This document shows, piece after piece, positions 36,471-50,110 of a stretch of DNA of 64,000 bases; within the stretch, counting starts at the first letter, position 1; each line of letters opens with the position of its first letter. Made by a program: the position numbers and the translations under genes. The stretch is from Camelus dromedarius (lineage: Eukaryota): the NCBI RefSeq assembly GCF_036321535.1, contig NC_087454.1, forward strand, positions 32,054,001 through 32,118,000. Direction: 5' to 3'. The notes under the pieces were generated by a model. It saw only the letters and a list, made by a program, of their open reading frames with translations. It ran no database searches and had not been told where the DNA came from.

Positions 36471-39400
36471 TAGATTCTCAAGAGAAAGCTGATGAGGCAA
36501 GTGAAAAAGTCATAACTACCCAAAAAGAACTAGCCTGCTCTTGGGTGAGCTGTCATTTCCTTCAGCTCTCAATTATTCATGAGTTAGGCAGCCAAGACAA
36601 AGGTCAACTGTAATGAAGTGTCTCTGTCCTCAGAGAAACTATTACGTGGTTGCCTCTTAAGAAGTTAACCCTCAGATAAAATGGGCAACATGCAGGACAT
36701 ATTAATGTAAAAGCAACTTCTCAGTTAAAATGTAAATGCCATTTTATAATACACAACTGAGCTGGCTGCAATAAATTGAGAGTTTAACTACTAATTACAT
36801 TTATTTCAAAATCAAAATAATCTTTTTGGGTGAGCATGTTAGGTTACTCAGTCTCACAGATTCCTTGTCATTTCTTGCAAGAAACTTTACAGGGAAGCAA
36901 GCATCCACTGTTTGGTTGATCTGATGAAACACAAAACAATACTCTGTATTTTTTCAGTCTCCACTGATGGCATTTTGGGGTGCCCCATTTCGAAGGGTGG
37001 GTCTTTCCAGTCAGTACCGATTGATTTGCCTCACTTAGCATAGGGTAGCTGCTCAAAAATATGTCAATTTGATTTAAGAAAATCTACTGTTTTATGAAAA
37101 CCCCAAGTTCCAAGATGGGTAAGTGATTTATAGTCTCCAGCGCTTCCTTTCTTCATAAAAAGCAATTGACTTTTTGGCCTCTGTTTAAATCACTATGAGT
37201 TGATTGTGTTAAAGATGATGATGGACTAAATCAAACAAAAGCAATGCAGGAGATGAACACTCAGAAGTCTGGGTGGTTGTGTGAATGTGAATGTGAGTTG
37301 TGGAAGATGACATTATTTCAAAGCTCTGAACAAAACTCTGGCAAAGTCCAACATGCAGTGTAAGAATATCAATAAAGTGTTTGAGGGACTAAAAGGCTCT
37401 GTGCTTTTAGTGCAGTGGAAATAGACGTATTTCACAAAGTCAAAGGCACCTATCACTTTTCCTAACATATAGGCTTTGCTCAAATCTCTGGGGTAAAGAA
37501 ACATGGGTAAGCATCACTCTGATGCTAGCGTGCCCTTGTTGAAGACAAAGGTACACTGATGCCATGATGGGGTGAGAGTGATGGTAGCAAGGCCAGATAA
37601 GGTGAACATTCTCAAAAGACTAGTTAAATAATAATGACAGCAGAACATCTTACAATGCACTTATTCTAGGACAGACGTGGTTTTAAGGATGCTCTAAATA
37701 TTATTTATTTAATGCTTTCCATAATATTGGGCTCTGAGACTCTGGGAAGTTACGGTCACTAACTAAGTGGTAAATTGGGTATATATGCCCTGTCAGTCTG
37801 TCTCCATAAAACAAAGAAGAATCACAATTGGCTACACCTATGTAGAACTCATTGTTTTAACAGATTCTAATGATTGGTAAGAAAATATTAACACATTTTA
37901 AAAGGTAGTTAATCATAAGTCATTGTAAAAATAACCAGTAATCATATAAAATATGACTGGAATTCAATGATGAATCTTTTGAGAATGAACATGTAGATTA
38001 CTGGTTTAATTTTTGCCACTCACTGTCATAAACCCCCATTGTTGAATTGCATTCTTGTGTAAGATTTGATAAATTTTTTTTGTTTTTAAATTTAAATTCC
38101 CTTTACCAGCTCTTCGTAGAGAGGATAAATCCCACTCTGCAGGCTGGGGAAAATCTTTTCATCGGGACAGCATTCACTGCATCTGTCAACTGCGTTACAA
38201 ATTCTTATTCCCAATGCTGTAAGTCTCACATTGTGTCCTATGCTATTACTCCCATGTTGACTATGGCTTGTTCATTGTTCATACCCTGCACTGCCACAGA
38301 TTACTTTGTCTCCTCTCTTTTCATTTCTACTTGTTCTCTTTCTTTAATCTTGTCCATCTGCCTTCTTTGATAACAGAAGTTTGTTTTAGCTTAGGGGTCA
38401 ATTCGACGTCACTATTTTTCTGTAGTTTCTAAGAGCTATTTCCTAAATTTTTAATCCATTTTAATACTTCTTAGTATATTAACCTTTGATTTAGTCAATA
38501 AATATTTAGAACCTATACTGTTGTTACAGAAAAATTATTATTATCTGTTTAAAGTTAAAATAGGTCATTTAATGTCAGTTACAATTCCAAACCTAATTAT
38601 GAACAATATTGAGTAAATATGGATTCAGAAATGCACACAGTCACCTACTATCTTTTGTGTCAATATTTATAAATTATCAAGAGTCGTTTTTACATGATCA
38701 CTGGGTATTTGACTGCAGGGAAAGTTATTCCCAGGGAAGCTTATGAAAACATTACTCCTCCATGGAAAACAGGTGCTATGTGCTGGGCACTTTCCAGGCT
38801 GCATAACTTTTACTGTCCCTAATCCTCACAGCAGCCCTGCCATGCAGGTACTTTGAGTGCCATTTGAAGCAGCCTCATAGGAGGTCATCCTGCTAATAGT
38901 TTCTGTGCTAGGATTGGAACTGAGATCAACCTGATTGGAAAGCACATCTTTCTTCCATGTTAGGCTGGGGGAAAAAAAAAAAATCTCATAAGGAGAAGAA
39001 AAAAAAAAAGAACTATTCCATGAGGAAATCAGGTTACCAAGGGCTGCAGAATCTCTGTCCCTTGTCATCTTTCTATGCATGGGACTGGCCACTCAATAAA
39101 GCAGACAATACACCAAAATATAGAATGAGCATTGACAGCTAGCGGGAATCCACACATGTTCAAATCACTAAAAGAAGTCATGTGTAATGCTCATCAACTA
39201 TCCACCTTCAGTCTTTGCTTCACACTTGACAGGAGTAAAGTTACAATAGCATTTAGTCATCCTTTAAAGAAGCATCCTTTAAGTATTTAGTCCTTAAATA
39301 TAGTTAGTTTTTCAGAGTTTTAACACACCCAGAATTTCATTTGCACACTTACTATATAAACAAGTGTCTAGCATAGCCACTTTTTCCACTGCAATTTGCT

Positions 39401-39584
39401 TGAAAATCTCGCAGTAAACAATCTCTGATAGTGTATTGTGAAAGTTTACCATCTCTTGGTTTGATGGTATCCATCAGCAAGGCAAATCTGGGCAAAATTA
39501 CCGTAATTTAGGATAACTGAGGTGAGGGAAAATATGGGTAGACACAATCTTCATGTTTTAGCACATTTTGCTTACTTATCTTAA

Positions 39585-40495
39585 TCTTTTTTTTTTTAAG
39601 TTTTGAAATACAGTTGATGTATCATATTATGCTCGTTTCAGGTGAGTTTTATGGTGACTCAACACTTACATACATTGTGAAGTGAACACCACATTGAGTC
39701 TAGTGACAGATGTCCCCACACAAAGTTATTGTAATATTTTTGACCATACTTTTAGGTTGTGTATTACATCCCTGTGGCTGATTTATTTTATAATTGGAAA
39801 TTTCTACCTATTAATCTGCTTCACCTATTTCACCCAGCCCCTCACCAACCTCCCCTCTGGCAACTACCTGTCTGACATCTGTATCTATAAGTCTATTTTC
39901 ATTTAGTTTTGTTTGCTTGGTTTAGTTTTTAGATTCCACACGTACGTGAGATCATACAGTGTTTTTCTTTCTTTGTCAGACTTATTTCACACAGCATGAT
40001 AATCTTCAGACCCATCNNNNNNNNNNNNNNNNNNNNNNNNNNNNNNNNNNNNNNNNNNNNNNNNNNNNNNNNNNNNNNNNNNNNNNNNNNNNNNNNNNNN
40101 NNNNNNNNNNNNNNNNNNNNNNNNNNNNNNNNNNNNNNNNNNNNNNNNNNNNNNNNNNNNNNNNNNNNNNNNNNNNNNNNNNNNNNNNNNNNNNNNNNNN
40201 NNNNNNNNNNNGGGGTGCATATATCTTTTTGAGTTAGTGTTTTTGTTTTCTTCAGGTAAATGCCCAGAACTAAGATTGCTGGATCATATGATAGTTCTAT
40301 TCTTAACCTGTTGAGGAAGCTCCATGCCGTTTTCCACAGTGGCTGCACCAATTTACACCCCACCAGCAGTGCACAAGGGTTCCCTTTTCCCCATATCCTT
40401 GCCAACACTTATTATTTATTGTCTTTTTGATGAGAGCCACTCTGACACGTGTGAGGTAGCATCTCATTGTGGTTTTGATTTTCATTTCTCTGATT
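39585..40495 (-). mobile_element. L1 ORF2 C-terminus plus 3' UTR, partly N-masked
   Basis: Track ORF 39929-40408 reads [35 protein letters not shown], the conserved L1 ORF2p C-terminal motif. N run at 40017-40211. Confidence 0.92.
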
Positions 40496-41612
40496 TAATC
40501 TCTTGGCTTAAAGCATTGAAGGCGTGTGTCAACACACAGTTGAGGGGGGTCCATTACACTTCCATCAGTTAGTATTGAGATTAGAATTAATTTTTAAGAT
40601 ATTAAGCTGTGGTGAAACCTGAGTGCGACTCCACAGGGTGTGTGGAGAAAATCACTTGCAGCTCATCTAAGAGGAAGGAGTTTAAATGCTGCCCCTCTGC
40701 TCTGACGGAACAACACTTATTCTGGAAATTCCAAGAGGCTGTCGTGGGTGTGGCCTTGGTCTTTGCTGCCTTGTCATCGTTCATCAGTGACAACTGGACA
40801 GAAAGGCTCCAGAAAAGGTCCGGAAGCAAACTGAGTCCTTACAGCTACCTTCTCCCCTTTTATTGGGTTTAGAGACCCCACCTCAGACACAGAAGGTGGA
40901 ATGGACTGACTTGTGCCCCTGGTTCTCTGCAACCTCATGGTGCACCCTCTTTCTCCCATCTTCCTCATCTAAATCATTCATGAGCAGAATAAAAAGAGTT
41001 AAATTGTTAAAAAAAAAAAAACTGTGGTGAAAGACGCATTGGGTTACGAGTCACAGGTCTGCTATTCAGCCCTGCTATAAATATGCATTAATTGTGATTT
41101 TTGATGGTCTGCTGACTGCTCTGAAGCTCAGTTTATCGATATGAGAAACATGGGAAACACTGAATTGATAATTTTAAGTTGTCTTGAATTCCAATGCAAT
41201 GGTTCAGTAATCACTTCAGTCACTTCGATGGCCAAAATGGGGTCATCAAACAGGTTTCCTTTGATGGTGCAGAAGGGATCATTCATGGAAAGGTTCAGCA
41301 GGAGGAAGTTACTGGGGATTCCCAGTGCAAGCAGGTGCACAGAGATCTCACCAATTCCTCTTCCCTGGCACATGAGTGAGCGTTAATAGGGACACCAAGG
41401 CAAGATCTTTCCATGGACTCTTTTCTGTAAGCATTAATGTTTGAATGTGCATGTTATCACTCCCTGGTTTGCATTTCAGAATATTTGTGCTCTCCACTCA
41501 CCATAATTGCCGACTCCATTAGTGAATTCTTGTTTCCTTTTGCCCCTTTCTGAGGCTGTGTTGGGCACAGGCAGTGCTGGGGACTCTGACAGCAGCTACC
41601 CCCAGGCAGAAC

Positions 41613-42134
41613 AGACTTCCCTGGCATACTTCATTTAATAAAAATAGTTTTTGGCAGTAGCATAAAACCTTTCATCCTTGAATCTCAAATTATTTCGCAA
41701 ACATTAATTCTTGCAGAATTCCTTCAAGGCAGATATAATAGAGTCACAGATTCATGGAGACTTGAAGGTAAAAACTTCAGAGATCACCCACTTCAACTCA
41801 CTTTATTTTTCACATTAAAAAAAAAAAGAAAAAAGAAAAGAAATCCCAAAAGGTAAAGTGACTTGCCCAAGCAGTTCTCTTTTTAAAACATAAATGCAAT
41901 ACAGTCAGGTAAATAACTCCAAGCCATACATTGCATTTTTAATTATTGTAGAAATTAAACCTTAAATTTGATTTACTAGCCTTGGGAGGAAGTTTATTCT
42001 ACCTTTTTAAAGGCAGCCTCAATAGATAGAGAAATGGGTAGAGATGGGTTAATAAAATGACATGTCAGTAATGAGTGATAATTTAAAATCATACACCAGT
42101 GAGCAGAAGAAACAAGTTATTTCTACTCACTTAA
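41613..42134 (+). repeat. Local duplication, copy A (partner at 48694-49234); includes a MIR fragment
   Basis: Long collinear identities such as CATAAAACCTTTCATCCTTGA, AAACATTAATTCTTGCAGAATTCCT, GAAATCCCAAAAGGTAAAGTGACTTGCCCAAGCAGTTCTCTTTTTAAAA and CAGTGAGCAGAAGAAACAA. Confidence 0.95.
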
Positions 42135-42519
42135 TTGGAAGATATGGGATGAGAGGAATTGCTTGAAATGAATCTCTCTTTATTAAATCTGACAACTCTC
42201 CTCCCACATTTAATCCTAGATAGAGCCAACCCCCTCTTACCACTTTCTCACTCCCTTCTCCCACCTCCACATATTAATCACCTGCCACTTTAAAGGAAGA
42301 AGGAGTTTGGAAGGGGAAGAAAGAAACTGACCATGAAGAGACCTACTGGTCCATAAGGATGGGTGTAGGAAGCTCACCATAGGACCTTTTTGCATCTATT
42401 CAGGGAAGGGAGAATGGCGCAAAAGCTACTGAGATAATACGCTTATCCCTTAGGTGCAAAGCATCTTCAAGGATTCAAAGCTGCTACTTGATACTTCACA
42501 GGCAACAGAAAGATATCTA

Positions 42520-43000
42520 TACTTAAGTTAGCCTATGACAAAGTTATTGGTACTCAGTGCACAATAGTGATGCAAACCAAGTGCTGTGGGAGCACATGGA
42601 GAGCATAAATTCAGCATAGGTGGTTTAGGGAAGACTGGGGGAAGAGCTCAATGTGAGTCTAGAAAAAATGATTGGCAAAATGAGGTGGAGAAGGAAAGGG
42701 CATTCCAGATAAAAAGGAATATATTTTACCAGAAGCAGCATGTTCTTTCTTTCTCTGAAAGACAAAGACAATGGGAAAAAAAGTTCTATGGATGAATGAC
42801 AGTATTATGGTGGAGCCAAAGGACTAATTGGTGAAAAAAAAAATAATGTGAGAAAATGAAGCTATGAATCATGACGATGGCCAAGGAGAAGATTCCATGT
42901 GAGGGAACTTACCTGGAGCATTTTGGGAGAACTTACTGCTGGGCTGATGAAGTCAGTGAGGAAAGGGGGAAGTAGGGCTACGTTTCAGAGAAAATGAAGA
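42520..43000 (-). mobile_element. Degraded L2
   Basis: CAAGTGCTGTGGGAGCACATGGAG..AGGGAAGACT..GGAAAGGGCATTCCAGA.. Confidence 0.6.
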
Positions 43001-43389
43001 AATGCTGAGATCAGCTAGACGACAAGGAAGCCCACAAGGGCCTCACTTACCGCTGGGTGATACAATCAGCTAAGAACAGCACTGACAGGACACTGGAAGA
43101 CATACGGGGTGTGACCAAACCATAAAATAACTTTACCTTTTTAAATTCTTGGGGGTAGCTTCTCAAAGCCTTCTTTTTCAAGAAACGTGATACAGTCTAG
43201 AAATGTGTATTTCAAAGGATAACACAAGGGAAGAACTGTGCTTGGCAGCCTGAGAAAATGAGGAAGAGTCAGGGTAATATGGTAAATGCGAGTAGAGCAT
43301 GATACTTTAAGAGATATTTTTAAGATACATGTGTTACCTCCTCCTTGAAAGCACAGCAGGCTAGAGCAACCAGTGACTTTAGGTATTAT

Positions 43390-43765
43390 TATTAATATGA
43401 ATAACAGCATAGGCAAGTCCCAAAATATTTTTATATTGAGTGAAAGAAGCCAAACTTCCACTCCCCGATCCCGCCCCCTTCCTCTACTGAAAGCACATAG
43501 TGTAGGATTCCATTTATATGAAACTCCAGAAAAAGCAAACTCATCTATAGGGACAGAAAACAAATCAGTGGTTGCTTGGGGACTGGCACAGGGTGAGGTG
43601 GATTATCAAAGGGCAGGAAGAAACTGTGGGTCTTATGGATAGGTTTACAATCTGGCATAATTTTCTAGGAATGTACATGTGTCAAAATTGATCAAATTGT
43701 ACACTTTATACATGTGCATTTTTTGTATGCCAATTATACCTCGACAAAGTAGTTTTAAAAAGGAG
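43390..43765 (+). mobile_element. L1ME/L1MC-type 3' end
   Basis: TTGAGTGAAAGAAGCCA..GATTCCATTTATATGAAACTCCAGAAAAAGCAAAC..GACAGAAAACAAATCAGTGGTTGC..GTCAAAATTGATCAAATTGTACACTT..CAATTATACCTC. Confidence 0.85.
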
Positions 43766-46700
43766 ATTATACGAATGATAGGAAATCTATTTGCACCCAG
43801 AATACACAGTACTCTTGGCAAGCCCTTCCGTAAATAGCTCCTAGAACTTATGCCTACCCAGCACTGGGCATCTCTTCTTCCTGTGGAACAAGGGAACTTA
43901 CTCCACAGTGATTTTAACAGAAAAGAGAGATATAACTATTCTATCTCTATGAAAAATAGAATGTTTTTGTGATTCCTTGGTAAAGGGGGAAAGGTTCTAG
44001 ACCTGTTTTCAGGATGCCTGTCCTCTGATGGCAGTTAAGGCTTCAATTTACTCTGTGATTTTGCAACTTAATCTTACCCTCTGCAAAATCAGAATTAAAA
44101 TGTCTATGCCACACTTCACAGACTTAATAAAAAAGACGAAATTATTTAGAAATAGTTGGAATGTTTTTGTTGATACTCTGCAAGGCTGTGGGGATACAAA
44201 GATAAATAGGATATGCTCTTCTTTCTCTAATTGCTTGTGTTCTCTCTCTCCCTAGAGATAGNNNNNNNNNNNNNNNNNNNNNNNNNNNNNNNNNNNNNNN
44301 NNNNNNNNNNNNNNNNNNNNNNNNNNNNNNNNNNNNNNNNNNNNNNNNNNNNNNNNNNNNNNNNNNNNNNNNNNNNNNNNNNNNNNNNNNNNNNNNNNNN
44401 NNNNNNNNNNNNNNNNNNNNNNNNNNNNNNNNNNNNNNNNNNNNNNNNNNNNNNNNNNNNNNNNNNNNNNNNNNNNNNNNNNNNNNNNNNNNNNNNNNNN
44501 NNNNNNNNTTACTCTCAATTCTATAATTATATTATGAACAGAATGCAGTCAAAGTACAGAGGAGGCAGGAGCTAATGATCTGAGTGTGGAGCTAGAAATA
44601 GTGTGAAGAAGGAATAGTTTGGTAGAGAAAGGAGTATGAAGATTCAATAAGGAAGAAATATGTGCAAAAGCATAGAGACCTAAGGGGACATAGTACTTGG
44701 GCGATGGCTTGAAGTTCATTGTTCTTGCAGGAGAGGACCAGTGTGGGAGGATGTTGAATAATGAACCTGAGAACAATTGAGGGCAATACTGTGATGAGCT
44801 TTGTACACTGCCCTGGAGAACTTAGACACAAGGGAACCACTAGAGTTTCTAAATATGAAAGTATATAATCAATATAAAACTCATTGCATTAGACAAGTAA
44901 AAAATAGGTGAACACACTAAAATAATCAGTTTGAAAATAACTCATTGATTAAATATTTGAGTTTTACAATGGATAATTTTGTAGTTATATAAAGAAAAAT
45001 TGATACAGGAGTGCAACCACAAGCATCCATAATTTTATTTCCTGTTACAACAATTTTTGCAACATAAATCTAGATTAATTTACAGCAACTAGTTAAGTCA
45101 TGATTATATATCTTTGTTATTTAATTTAAAGGTTTAATATTAGCATGTTACCATAGATCAAAGACTGTTTTCTTAGAAACAATATGGACTAAATTTAACT
45201 TCCTCTTGGGAAATAAAGACTTGTAAAATTTAAATGTGCCTGAGAAATGCAAGCACAGTTTAAAAAGTCATGGTTATTAATGGCATTTAATCCAAAAAAG
45301 GCTTATTAACATAAAGCAAAATAATTAACAGATTCTTTTCAAATGTATGCAGTAGAAAACTTGAGACAGAATGAATGTTTTCTTTTCCCCGACTGGAGTC
45401 AGTATCTTTGGCCTTGAAGTTTTTAACGATTACTGATATAAACAAGATCCATATTTATTTTCTTAGTATCTGGAGTATAGTGTTTCAATATGGATTTTCA
45501 TGTTGGGAAGATGTGAATTTGGCACAGACCAGGGCACTTTCTTGCTGGGTAACTGTAAGCAAGTTACTTGGCCTCTCTGGTACTCAATCTTGCCATCGTC
45601 AGATGGGGGTAATAACAGTATTCAAATCACAGAGTCGCTGCAATGGTTAGATGAAAGTGATTCTGAAATACGTAGATAATGTCTGATACACAGTAAACCT
45701 TCCATACAAATTAGATATTGCTGTTATTGTGATTATCCGGACGAGCTCGGCCTGAAAGACCAATATGGGACCAATTATCCTTTTCATACTATGTGCACGG
45801 GCAGCCCTGTAATGAATAGGAAAAGCACCACAATGGAAATTAAGAAATGTGATTCTTGCCTCGGACCTGATATTAATGAGCTGTGTCACCTTGAATGTGT
45901 AATATATCTCTGACTCTTAAGTTCTTTTCATCTGTGAAATGACAGGGCTGGACCTCACCCAAAAATGCATATGGAGGAGTCCTAGAAACGTAGAGAATTC
46001 CTTAGCTGATGCTCGTTGGATGGGAGAAAAAGGGGAGACAAAAGAGATGGGGCTGAACTACCTCGACCTTTTCTTCAACCAGAACGTCCTAGAGATTAAA
46101 GTTCAGTTTTGAGTCACCTAGAAGGATTTTGCGTGAACAGAAATCCCATAGCTATGTAAGTCTGAAAACCACTAGATTTCATAACTTCCAAGGTTTCATT
46201 AGCTCTAGAGTTTTGCAGCTGTGTTTGACTATTGTTAAGATCTGAATTCAAAGACTTTCATTAATACAATCATGCTAAAGATAGACATAATTGCATTTTC
46301 TTGTTAGGATGGAGAAATTCATATAAGACGTGACAAAAATAATGATGAATAGTTTAATGTCTTTATAAAAACCTTTTAAAAGAGGCATTATCCCATTTGA
46401 AAGACAAAAACAATGTGCCTCAGAAATTTAAATCTTAATGTAGATAAATGACAGATTTGGAATTCAAACTCAACTCTGCCCAGCTCCAAAAATCACTCTC
46501 ATTCCTTGGCAATTAACAAGTCACTAATGAAAAGGCCAATAACAGAGGAAGAACTATCCCAAGGTGCCATCCAACCTGCTTCTACAAGGTCCACATTGGG
46601 TCTCTGAATTGCTGAATTCAACTTTTCACTGAGCACTTACTCTGTGCCCAGCACCTTAGTATATATAAGGATAAGTAGGGCACAGCCACCATCTCCTAAG

Positions 46701-48693
46701 AGCTTATAATCTAGTCAGAAAGATAGACCTTTAGTAGGAAGCTATTGTAAGAGTGAGCACAGGTACATGGTGTAGGCTAGGTTTGCTGAGGGGAAGGAAA
46801 ATCAAAGAGATCATAAATACAGACGTTAGATCCATCTGCAAATAACCACAGTGCATCTTTTCAGATATACGTGAAATAGGGTGAGTCAGGTCAAGGGCTG
46901 AGGCACGAAGGAGACGGCGTAGGTGTCAACTTCAGGAGAAGGCAGTTACGAGTAGAGGAGAAGTTATGTTAACCATGTATGTCCTTGGTTGGTAGCTGAG
47001 TTCCTGTGCATTATCTGTCCCACCAATGCAGCCGGGTCTCACAGTCTTAGTAAGCATGGCCCCGCATCCCTTTTTAAGGCTGCCAGCCGCAATCACCCAA
47101 ACTGACGTCCTCAGACACCAGGTAAGGCCCAGGAGCAAGCAACCACTGGGGACGTCTTCAAGTACCATCAAGACCACAGTTCCGTGCCACACGATTACCA
47201 CAAGAAAAACGGAAATTTTGATGCCAGGCACAAAATAGCAAACATAGGAGTTACATTAGCTTCAAACAAACAAAAAAGTAAAGTAAGTGTCAGCCTAAAA
47301 GGACAGGGGGAATTTCACGATTATGAATGAATGTTTCCCTTGGTCAAATCACACTTATGTTTGATACTATCTACTGCACAAAGAGAGCGATCTTTCAACA
47401 CAAATCCTTCTGGGTTTGGGGAAACCCTAGAACTGTCCTCATTCTATCCCTGAGTGGCTATGGGGAAAAAAAAGATTCAAATAATGGAAATAAGAATTGC
47501 CATCAACTCTAAGGTAGAGATGAAGATTGGAAGTAAAATTAACATATCGTAAAAATGAAATCATTTAAGATGCCCAATAAAGAGCATACTGTATCTTACG
47601 TTCTTTTTGAAGTCGTAAGTACCTGGATACAGATTCCTTAAAATGAAAACAAGCCCTGCACCTCTATAGCAATTTGCTTCCTATTAAAGAGCATGTCAGC
47701 TATTTTTGTCTGGAATTGGTATGACAGAGAAGCTTGTTTATCTTCTTTTTATTTGAGAAAGCTTCCTTCCTGGCAATAATAAGGTTGGCATAGCTGATGC
47801 AGAGCTGATCCAGATTTCCGACGTATGCTTGGAGGGGGCTTTCCAAACAGCAGGAGCACTGGAAAGTAGTCGCCAGTCTGCACAGCTCCAGGCCTTACAG
47901 GGAAATCTGCTTCCAGTCTTCAGAGTGACTGAGCACGTGGTAAGGGGCCTCCAATAGAAACAGGCCTCCTGGACATCCCTGGAGTCTCCACTCCTCTGGA
48001 ATTTGGCATCACGCCTGTTTGCACTTCCTGCTTCACCGAGGTATTGCCAGGAGCATAAACAAGTGTAGATCTCTTACTAACAACCTCCCTGCAAACGTCT
48101 CCTATGTAATTTCTCTTAGTGGCCATTTTAACGAAGTTCAAAACCACATGCTGGGTTGAGGATTTTTAACGGCAAGGTAAATGCTGGCAAAATTACTATT
48201 ATTGAGGACAAACAGGCCAGAGAGAGCATAGTTAAGACAAATAATTATTGGAACATAGCTTATAAAATTGAAAATTTTAATCCTCAGGTAATAGCAACAT
48301 GGTAGGGTGGGTGAGGGGATGTGGAAACATGCTAAAATTTCTGTTGCAGTTAAACATTGGATGTAGATACTGAAAAATATCTTAGATTAATTGATTAATT
48401 AAAATATAGACAAAATAGTAATAGAAATTACTAAGATAAAAAATATAGTTTATAAAACATCTAAACTACTAGGGAAAATTAGATGGATCCCAAATGAGTG
48501 AGGCCTCGTGGAAACGGGATGTCTGTCTTTGCATGTAATTCCTTCCCTTCTCCTTCTGTTGACACAATCTCTCTTTCTAGTCATGGTACCCAAGTCCCAA
48601 GCAACAACCATTGGTCTAACAGTAGTCACAGGATCAAAACTCAGTCCGTCTGAATCCTTGCTGCACTCCGTCTCTCCAACGAAGAGATGGAAA

Positions 48694-49234
48694 AGACTTG
48701 CCTGCTAAGCTTCATTTAATAAAAAAGAGGTTTTGGCACTCACATAAAACCTTTCATCCTTGATTCTGAAATTATTTCACAAACATTAATTCTTGCAGAA
48801 TTCCTGTAAGGCAGAGATTACAGTCACAGATTCATGGAGATCTGAAGATTTAAAAAAAAAACAAAAAAAACTTCAGAGATCATCCGATTCAAAGTCACCT
48901 CATTTTTCTCATAAAAAAAAAAAAGAAAGAAAGAAATCCCAAAAGGTAAAGTGACTTGCCCAAGCAGTTCTCTTTTTAAAAATGTGAATACAAGACAGTC
49001 AGGTGAATAACACCAAGCCAGAGAATGCATTTTTAATTACTACAGAAATTAAACTTTAAACTTCATCTACTAGTCTTGGGAGGAAGTTTATTCTGTCTTT
49101 TTAAAGGCAGACCTAAGGGGTAGAGAAATGGGTAGAGATTTGAGAGATGGGTTAATAAAGTGACATGCCAATAGCGAGTGATAATTTCAAGTAGCAGTGA
49201 GCAGAAGAAACAATGTGTTTTTTTACTCCCTTAA
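48694..49234 (+). repeat. Local duplication, copy B (partner at 41613-42134)
   Basis: Collinear direct repeat of copy A, roughly 80% identical by eye. Confidence 0.95.
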
Positions 49235-49579
49235 GATGCTGCGCTCTAAGACCATGAGCCTGTAGGTATCACTATTCAAATAGGAGACACCATTCACGTG
49301 GAGAAGAAGCCTCAGGGAGTGATGCCAACAAGGAGAGAGAGTGAAGATCAATAACAGAGATGTGGAGAGATTACCTGACACTGTTTAAGCCCTGATTTTC
49401 TGTCAACACTGAAGCCAGCTTCCCCTTCACTGTTCTGTTTTCCTTGCTTCAGCCTATATGCATAAACACACATGCACGCCTTTTCCTTACATTACTCTGA
49501 ATGGTGTATCTATCACTTAGAATAGAAATCCTGATCAAAACCCTAAGAAAAGAGCCATAGAGGTAATAAGCCCCCATGA

Positions 49580-50110
49580 CAAATTAATAACCTAAAATAA
49601 CTTACCATATGTAAGTCTCATTACATTGAAATAAATAAAAATAATAAAATAAATAAAAGATAGATGAAAACTAACCAAAATGAACCCGAAGGATTCAATT
49701 TTCCTACGAGACAGATATCGGATTGGGTAAAAAAATTAAACAAACACAGAATAAAAACAAATAGACAAGTCAAACAACGTTACTTAAATGCTGTTTTCAA
49801 GATACACATCCCAAACAAAACGACATAAAGTTAAAAAATGTAGGATGGAAAAAATGCCAAGTAAAAACGTATTTTAAAAAATGGGGTGACAATATTAATA
49901 AAAGAAAAAATAGACTTCAATGTGAAGATTATTTATTTGGATAAAGAGACCTATTTTATTATGACTAGAGATCTACTTTCCTAAGAACTTGTAACAATCA
50001 GAAGCCTTTATTCTTCTAGCCACATCAGTTTAAAACATGCAAAGGAAACCCAGTGAAACATAAGGACCAGCAGATAAACACGTAATTAGTGGGAGACACA
50101 ACAGTTTATC
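49580..50110 (+). mobile_element. Ancient L1 ORF2 endonuclease-region remnant
   Basis: GATTGGGTAAAAAA..ATGCTGTTTTCAAGATACAC..GGATGGAAAAAATG..AAAATAGACTTCAA..GATAAAGAG..ATTAGTGGGAGAC follow the L1 EN domain layout; heavily degraded. Confidence 0.65.

Noticed and set aside
39929-40408. 159-aa ORF as a host gene
   Set aside because: It is the L1 ORF2p C-terminal motif in a truncated, N-interrupted L1 copy.
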